Origin: Candidatus Xenobia bacterium
GTDB lineage: Bacteria > Vulcanimicrobiota > Xenobia > Xenobiales > QWHO01
Length of the DNA stretch: 64,000 bases
Assembly: GCA_045863235.1 (NCBI GenBank)
Contig: BTUM01000032.1
Span: 1 to 64,000 of the forward strand
Reading direction: 5' to 3'
Shown: positions 58,940-64,000 of the stretch, in pieces
Numbering within the stretch: the first letter of the stretch is position 1
How the letters are laid out: each line of letters opens with the position of its first letter
Position numbers and translations under genes: made by a program
The notes under the pieces: model-generated
Databases searched by the model: none
Seen by the model: only the letters and a program-made list of their open reading frames with translations
What the model was told of the DNA's origin: nothing

Positions 58940-61276
58940 ATGATGATTCGCGATCTTAGCAGCAATTTCAGCACCCAGCGGCCCCAGTCAGCCGGCAAGC
59001 CCGATGCGGCTCCGGCTGCGCCGTCGGATACGGCGCAGCTGTCTGGTGCGCGACCAGAAGCCTCGATTAACCTGGCCTCCGTGCTGGCCGCCACGGCCGC
59101 CGAGGCCAACTCGCTCGCCGGCAAGCTGCCCGAGCACGTGGAAGGTGAAGTGCTGGTCAAGCTCAAGCCTGGAATGGACCTCCAGGGCATGGAGGACTTC
59201 GCCTCCACTTACGGCGGCAAGCTGATCGAGAAGATCGCGATGCCCGACAACATGTACAAGTCCTTCGGCGGCGACCTGCTCCACATCAAGTTGCCGGCCG
59301 GTATGAGCACCGCCGAAGCCATGGCCGCCATGGGCAAGGACGACCGCGTGGCCTACGCTGCCTCCAATGACATCATGAAGCGCATGGAAGGCACCACCGT
59401 GCCCAACGACCTCGACCCGCGCCTCTGGGGCCTCAACAACACCGGTCAGGACGGCGGCACGGCCAACGTCGACATCGACGCCCCTGAGGCCTGGAACGTC
59501 AGCACCGGCGCCAAGGCCGCCAACGGTGGACCGGTCATCGCGGTCATCGACACGGGCCTGGACTACACCCACAACGACCTCAAGAACAACAGCTGGGTCA
59601 ATGCCGGTGAGATCCCGGGCGACGGTATCGACAACGACGGCAACGGCGTCATCGACGACGTGCACGGCTTCAACGCCATCAACGACTCGGGCGACCCGAT
59701 GGACGACCACGGCCACGGCTCGCACTGCTCCGGCACCATCGGCGGCGAGGGTAACAACGGCGACGGCGTCGTCGGCGTCAACTGGAACGCCTCCATCATG
59801 GGCGTGAAGTTCCTGTCCGCCTCCGGCGGCGGCACCCTGGCCGACGCGGTCAAGGCCATCAGCTACGCCACGGCCAACGGCGCCCGCATCACCTCCAACT
59901 CGTGGGGCGGCGGCGGTTACAACCAGGCCCTCAAGGACGCCCTGGCTGCTTCCCCCGCGCTGCACATCTTCGCGGCCGGCAACGAGTCCAACGACAACGA
60001 CGCCAGCCCTGCCTACCCGGCCAGCTACGACCTTCCGAACATCGTGTCCGTGGCTGCCGTCGACCGCAACGGCAACATCGCTGACTTCTCCAACTGGGGA
60101 GCCACCGCGGTCGACCTCGGGGCCCCTGGCGTGGACATCTACTCCTCCATCCCGGGCAACCAGTACGACTCCTGGAGCGGCACTTCGATGGCGACCCCGC
60201 ACGTCTCCGGCGTGGCCGGCCTGATCGCCACCGTCTATCCCGACGCCTCCAACGAGCAGATCAAGTCCCGCCTGATGAACGGCGCTCGCCCGCTGGACTC
60301 ACTGGCCGGCAAGACCGTCAGCGGCGGCATGCTGAACGCTGCCAACTCGCTGGAGAACGACTCCACGGCTCCGGCCGCTCCCAACGACCTGCGCGGCACC
60401 CGCGCCACCACCAAGTCGGTGGATCTGAGCTGGACCGCCACCGCCGACGACGGCTGGTGCGGCGGCTCGGCTGCCGGCTACAAGCTGGTCTACTCGGACC
60501 GTCCCATCGTCGACGGCCAGGCCAACCAGGGCGAAGTGAGCTTCGACCAGGCTAACCGCGTGGCCACCGGCGCCGCCAGCGCCACGGGCACCATCGAGGG
60601 CGCCACCATCAACGTGACCCCCTCGGGCCAGGAGCGCACGCTCTACGTCGGCCTGAAGGTCTATGACAACGTGGGCAACCTGTCCGAGATGCGCACCGCC
60701 CAGGTGAGCGTCCCGGCCGCCAGCGTGGCCTTCGAGGACAACAAGGACGCCGGCAACTTCACCGCCGAGGGCGCATGGGCCCAGAGCGAAGTCGAGGGCC
60801 GCGGCCTGGTGTGGACCGATAGCCCGAACGGCGAGTATGGCAACAACGAGAACCGTTCCTTGACCTCCAAGCCGATCGACCTCTCGGCCGTCGCCAACCC
60901 GACCATGATGTTCGACGCGAAGTTCGACCTCGAGCGCCGCTACGACTTCGTCCAGGTCGAGGTGTCCGAGGTGCCGGCCGAGCCGCCCACCCCGCCCACC
61001 CCGCCCGAGGACGGCCAGCCGCCCGAGGGTGCCAACGAGCGCCAGTGGACTGAAGTCGCCAAGTTCAACGGAACCAGCGATTGGGCCACCCAGAGCATCG
61101 ACCTGTCGGCCTTCGACGGCAAGAACGTCCAGGTTCGCTTCCGCATCACCTCTGACGGCAGCGTGACCAAGGACGGCTTCTCGATGGACAAGCTGGTCGT
61201 GGTGGGCGATCCTCGTCCCGCCCCGCCCGCTCCCGAGCCCCCGGCCCCGCCGGCTCCCGAGCCTCCTACCCGCTAA
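58940..61276 (+). CDS. S8 subtilisin-like serine protease with prodomain, FN3-like and jelly-roll C-terminal domains, no Sec signal
   Basis: VIDTG, HGSHCSG, AAGN, GTSMATP; AP.AP.DL...LSWTA; AGGAG RBS. Confidence 0.93.
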   Translation: MMIRDLSSNFSTQRPQSAGKPDAAPAAPSDTAQLSGARPEASINLASVLAATAAEANSLAGKLPEHVEGEVLVKLKPGMDLQGMEDFASTYGGKLIEKIAMPDNMYKSFGGDLLHIKLPAGMSTAEAMAAMGKDDRVAYAASNDIMKRMEGTTVPNDLDPRLWGLNNTGQDGGTANVDIDAPEAWNVSTGAKAANGGPVIAVIDTGLDYTHNDLKNNSWVNAGEIPGDGIDNDGNGVIDDVHGFNAINDSGDPMDDHGHGSHCSGTIGGEGNNGDGVVGVNWNASIMGVKFLSASGGGTLADAVKAISYATANGARITSNSWGGGGYNQALKDALAASPALHIFAAGNESNDNDASPAYPASYDLPNIVSVAAVDRNGNIADFSNWGATAVDLGAPGVDIYSSIPGNQYDSWSGTSMATPHVSGVAGLIATVYPDASNEQIKSRLMNGARPLDSLAGKTVSGGMLNAANSLENDSTAPAAPNDLRGTRATTKSVDLSWTATADDGWCGGSAAGYKLVYSDRPIVDGQANQGEVSFDQANRVATGAASATGTIEGATINVTPSGQERTLYVGLKVYDNVGNLSEMRTAQVSVPAASVAFEDNKDAGNFTAEGAWAQSEVEGRGLVWTDSPNGEYGNNENRSLTSKPIDLSAVANPTMMFDAKFDLERRYDFVQVEVSEVPAEPPTPPTPPEDGQPPEGANERQWTEVAKFNGTSDWATQSIDLSAFDGKNVQVRFRITSDGSVTKDGFSMDKLVVVGDPRPAPPAPEPPAPPAPEPPTR

Positions 61277-61289
61277 GAGCAGCGGATTC

Positions 61290-61322
61290 AAAGCCCCCGG
61301 TCGTGAGACCGGGGGCTTTTTT
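61290..61322 (+). terminator. Rho-independent terminator
   Basis: AAAGCCCCCGGTC-GTGA-GACCGGGGGCTTTTTT. Confidence 0.9.
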
Positions 61323-61334
61323 GTGGTGGGTCAT

Positions 61335-61355
61335 GTGCTCGCACTTCGGTTTTGC
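61335..61355 (+). repeat. Dispersed 21-bp motif, copy 3 (GTGCTCGCACTTCGGTTTTGC)
   Basis: Matches 9770 and 51445; convergent junction. Confidence 0.8.
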
Positions 61356-61375
61356 ACAGGTGGAGCGGCGGCGCC

Positions 61376-61789
61376 TTAGCGCACTCGGTGCAGCTCGAGG
61401 TGAAAGCCCCCCTGTGCCTTCTCGAGCTGGATGTGAAGCCTGTCACCATCTCTGCGGTAGATCAGCCTCTCGGGGACATCCTGGCGAGCAAACTCCACTT
61501 CCTGGTGGGAATGTCGCTCTGGCTTGAAGATCATGGTTTTGTTCTTCTCGGGCAGATAGAGCTTGAGGAACAAGCCATCGGGTGTCTCCTCGAGCAGCAT
61601 GAACTCCTTGTGGACTGTCTGGCCGTTCTCGACGGCCCGGGAGGTGCCCAGCATGGTTCCACCCAGGGCCGATCCCCAGGATTCCTCGAAGCCCTGACCT
61701 TGCCATTCCCCCGTGAGAAAGCTCAGGTCGGCGAGCGTCTGGGCCCGGGCCGAGAGGCTGAGCAGCAAGACCAGCAGGATCAGCCGAAT
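61376..61789 (-). CDS. DUF6265-like secreted protein
   Basis: L.FL.GEW, EE.W....GG.M.G, P.R..Y.R.GD.L; start ATT 61789 or TTG 61768. Confidence 0.65.
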   Translation of the reverse strand: MRLILLVLLLSLSARAQTLADLSFLTGEWQGQGFEESWGSALGGTMLGTSRAVENGQTVHKEFMLLEETPDGLFLKLYLPEKNKTMIFKPERHSHQEVEFARQDVPERLIYRRDGDRLHIQLEKAQGGFHLELHRVR

Positions 61790-62760
61790 AGCTTGCTCAC
61801 CGACAGGTTGAAGTAGTTGCGCCGAATGGCCTCGCCCAGCAGAGCGTCTACGCTCAGCACGGTGATCTTGCCCTGGCGGGCCGAGGAAGGCACCGGAATG
61901 GTGTCGGTCACCACCAGCTCCTTCACGCGCGAACTCTCGATGATGTTGATGGCGTCTCCAGCCAGCACCGGGTGGGTGGCGGCCGCGTAGACTTCGCGCG
62001 CGCCCAGGTTGAGCAGCGTGTCCACAGCCGCCGAGAGGGTTCCGCCGGTGGAGATGATGTCGTCAATGATCAGGCAGGTGCGGCCCTCGATCTCACCCAC
62101 GATCTCGGTCACCTCGGCCTTGTCCGGCTCGGGGCGGCGCTTGAAGATGATGGCCAGGCCGCAATCGAGCCGCTCGGCGTAAGCCCGGGCCCGATTCACG
62201 CCGCCGGCGTCGGGTGAAACCACCACCAGCTCTTCGCGCTTGAGGTTCTTGCGGTGGAAGTATTCCACCAGGATCGGCATGGCGTACAGGTTGTCCACCG
62301 GGATGTCGAAGAAGCCCTGAATGGCACCCGCGTGGAGGTCGATGGTGATGACCCGGTCGGCTCCGGCGGTGGTGATCAGGTTGGAAACCAGCTTGGCGGT
62401 AATGGGCTCGCGCCCTGAAGTCTTGCGCTCCTGCCGGGCATAGCCGAAGTAGGGGATGACGGCCGTGATGGTGCGCGCCGAGGCCCGCGAGAGGGCGTCG
62501 ATCATGATCAACAGCTCCATCAGGGTGTCGTTGACGTTTCCGCAGGTGGGCTGGATGACGTAAGCCTCCGCCCCGCGCACGTTCTCTTCGATGCGCACGC
62601 GCGTCTCGCCATTGGTGAAGCGCCCTACCAGGGCGCTGCCCAGCGGCAGCCCCAGATACCGCGCGATAGCCTGCGCCAGTCGCGGATTGGCGTTGCCTGT
62701 GAAGAGAACGATGTTCTCGTTTTCCAGGGTCGGTTGGGCTGCTTCCTCGAGCACCAGCAT
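61780..62760 (-). CDS. prs: Ribose-phosphate pyrophosphokinase
   Basis: PYFGYARQ, DLHAG.IQGFF, VSPDAGG, DDIISTGGT; GGGAGG RBS before ATG 62760. Confidence 0.97.
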   Translation of the reverse strand: MLVLEEAAQPTLENENIVLFTGNANPRLAQAIARYLGLPLGSALVGRFTNGETRVRIEENVRGAEAYVIQPTCGNVNDTLMELLIMIDALSRASARTITAVIPYFGYARQERKTSGREPITAKLVSNLITTAGADRVITIDLHAGAIQGFFDIPVDNLYAMPILVEYFHRKNLKREELVVVSPDAGGVNRARAYAERLDCGLAIIFKRRPEPDKAEVTEIVGEIEGRTCLIIDDIISTGGTLSAAVDTLLNLGAREVYAAATHPVLAGDAINIIESSRVKELVVTDTIPVPSSARQGKITVLSVDALLGEAIRRNYFNLSVSKLFG

Positions 62761-62843
62761 GGCAGGGCCTCCCGCATCGTCTCGTAAGCCGCCGGCTTGT
62801 TCGGCCGGATGGATCGCGAGTCCTCCAGGTAGAGTCGATGAAT

Positions 62844-64000
62844 TCACGGCGTCGTGCTCGATTTCTGGCGCAGGGGTCGGGCAGGCACCCCCACTACCGT
62901 GCTGCCCGGCTCTACATCCCGATTGACCACCGAGCCCGCGCCTGTTCTGGCCCCCGCTCCCACCCGGACGGGGGCCACCAGGCTGGTGTTGGAGCCGATG
63001 AAGGCTCCCTCCTCAATAATCGTCTTATGCTTGGCTTTGCCATCGTAGTTGCAGGTGATGGTGCCGCAGCCGATGTTGACCTTCGCTCCCACCTCGGCGT
63101 CGCCCACGTAGCTCAGGTGGGGCACCTTGGCCCCGGCCTCGATGCGGGAGTTCTTGATCTCCACGAAGTCGCCCACCTTGCTGCCCGGGCCGAGATCGGC
63201 TCCGGGACGAAGATAAGCGAAGGGACCGACGTTCACCTTCTCCTCCAGGCGGGCTTCGGTGAGAACCGAGTTCTGGATGGTGCATCCGTTCCCCACCATG
63301 CAAGAAACGATGCGAGTCTGAGGCCCGATCTGACAGCCTTCCCCGATCACGGTCTCGCCCTGCACCATCGTCTGGGGAAGAATCACTGTATCTACGCCGA
63401 TCCTGACACTCGGCTCAATCCAGGTGCTGGCCGGATCGAGAATGCTGACGCCAGCCAGCATCCACTTGCGATTGATGCGCTCGCGCAGCACCTCGCCGGC
63501 TCGAGCCAGGTCGGCCCGGGTGTTGACGCCCAGCGACTGGTCCAGATCCTCGATCTTGACCGCCTCCACGCGGTGTCCCCCCTGCACGGCGAGAGAAACG
63601 ATGTCGGTCAGGTAGTACTCACCCTGGTCGTTGGCGGTTCCCAGGCGAGGCAAAAGCCCGCGCAGCAGCCCGGCCTGCACGCAGTAGCAGCCCATGTTGA
63701 CCTCTCGCACCATCAGCTGCTCGGGAGTACAGTCGCGCGCTTCAACGATCCCGATCACCCTTCCCTCGCCAGAGCGAATGACCCGACCAAAGTCGGCCGC
63801 TTCGGGGAAGTCGGCGCTTAGCAGGGCTACATCGGCCCCGGCATCGAGCAGCTTCTGCAGAGAGTCACCGGTCAGCAGGGGCATGTCGCCATAGGTGATC
63901 AGAACCGGGCCCTCAAACCCCTCCAGCCCCGGAGCGGCCATCATGACCGCATGCCCCGTGCCCTTCTGCTCGGTCTGCTCGGCAAAACGGGCCCGATGTT
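62844..64000 (-). CDS. glmU: Bifunctional UDP-GlcNAc pyrophosphorylase/GlcN-1-P acetyltransferase (5' truncated by window)
   Basis: YGDMPL, EYYLTD, GVN.R, GPFAYLRP, HLSYVGD, TCNYDG. Confidence 0.97.
   Translation of the reverse strand, partial: HRARFAEQTEQKGTGHAVMMAAPGLEGFEGPVLITYGDMPLLTGDSLQKLLDAGADVALLSADFPEAADFGRVIRSGEGRVIGIVEARDCTPEQLMVREVNMGCYCVQAGLLRGLLPRLGTANDQGEYYLTDIVSLAVQGGHRVEAVKIEDLDQSLGVNTRADLARAGEVLRERINRKWMLAGVSILDPASTWIEPSVRIGVDTVILPQTMVQGETVIGEGCQIGPQTRIVSCMVGNGCTIQNSVLTEARLEEKVNVGPFAYLRPGADLGPGSKVGDFVEIKNSRIEAGAKVPHLSYVGDAEVGAKVNIGCGTITCNYDGKAKHKTIIEEGAFIGSNTSLVAPVRVGAGARTGAGSVVNRDVEPGSTVVGVPARPLRQKSSTTP

Noticed and set aside
9770..61355. 21-bp repeats as CRISPR repeats or prophage att sites
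   Set aside because: Not arrayed with spacers; no cas, integrase or phage genes; the intervening DNA is housekeeping

Overview
GC-rich bacterial chromosome segment with about 52 CDS and no rRNA, tRNA, CRISPR or mobile element that I can see. Protein style and gene content tentatively suggest a Terrabacteria diderm such as Ca. Eremiobacterota; this is unverified inference. Housekeeping genes include metH, a leuB-like gene, hbd-crt-thiolase-moeA, tatC/tatA, rex, a folD-like gene, leuS, lnt, cvpA, pcrA/uvrD, prs and partial glmU. Four features stand out. (1) A dispersed candidate regulon of signal-peptide-less proteins (GDSL hydrolase, S8 protease, Gly-zipper protein, three orphans). Five share a promoter geometry of 11-bp-periodic GTTNACA-like boxes with one box exactly 31 nt before a -10 hexamer. 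Four share an S/T/P/A/Q-rich N-terminal leader with D[KT][VA]xL at residue 30-32, suggesting a dedicated export route. (2) An intact, translationally coupled pheS/pheT pair that has lost its catalytic and editing motifs but kept tRNA/anticodon-binding motifs. (3) A coupled pair of Hsp90-like GHKL proteins, one apparently active and one ATPase-dead with a triplicated middle module. (4) A 21-bp co-oriented motif GTGCTCGCACTTYGGTYTTGC at three convergent gene junctions.
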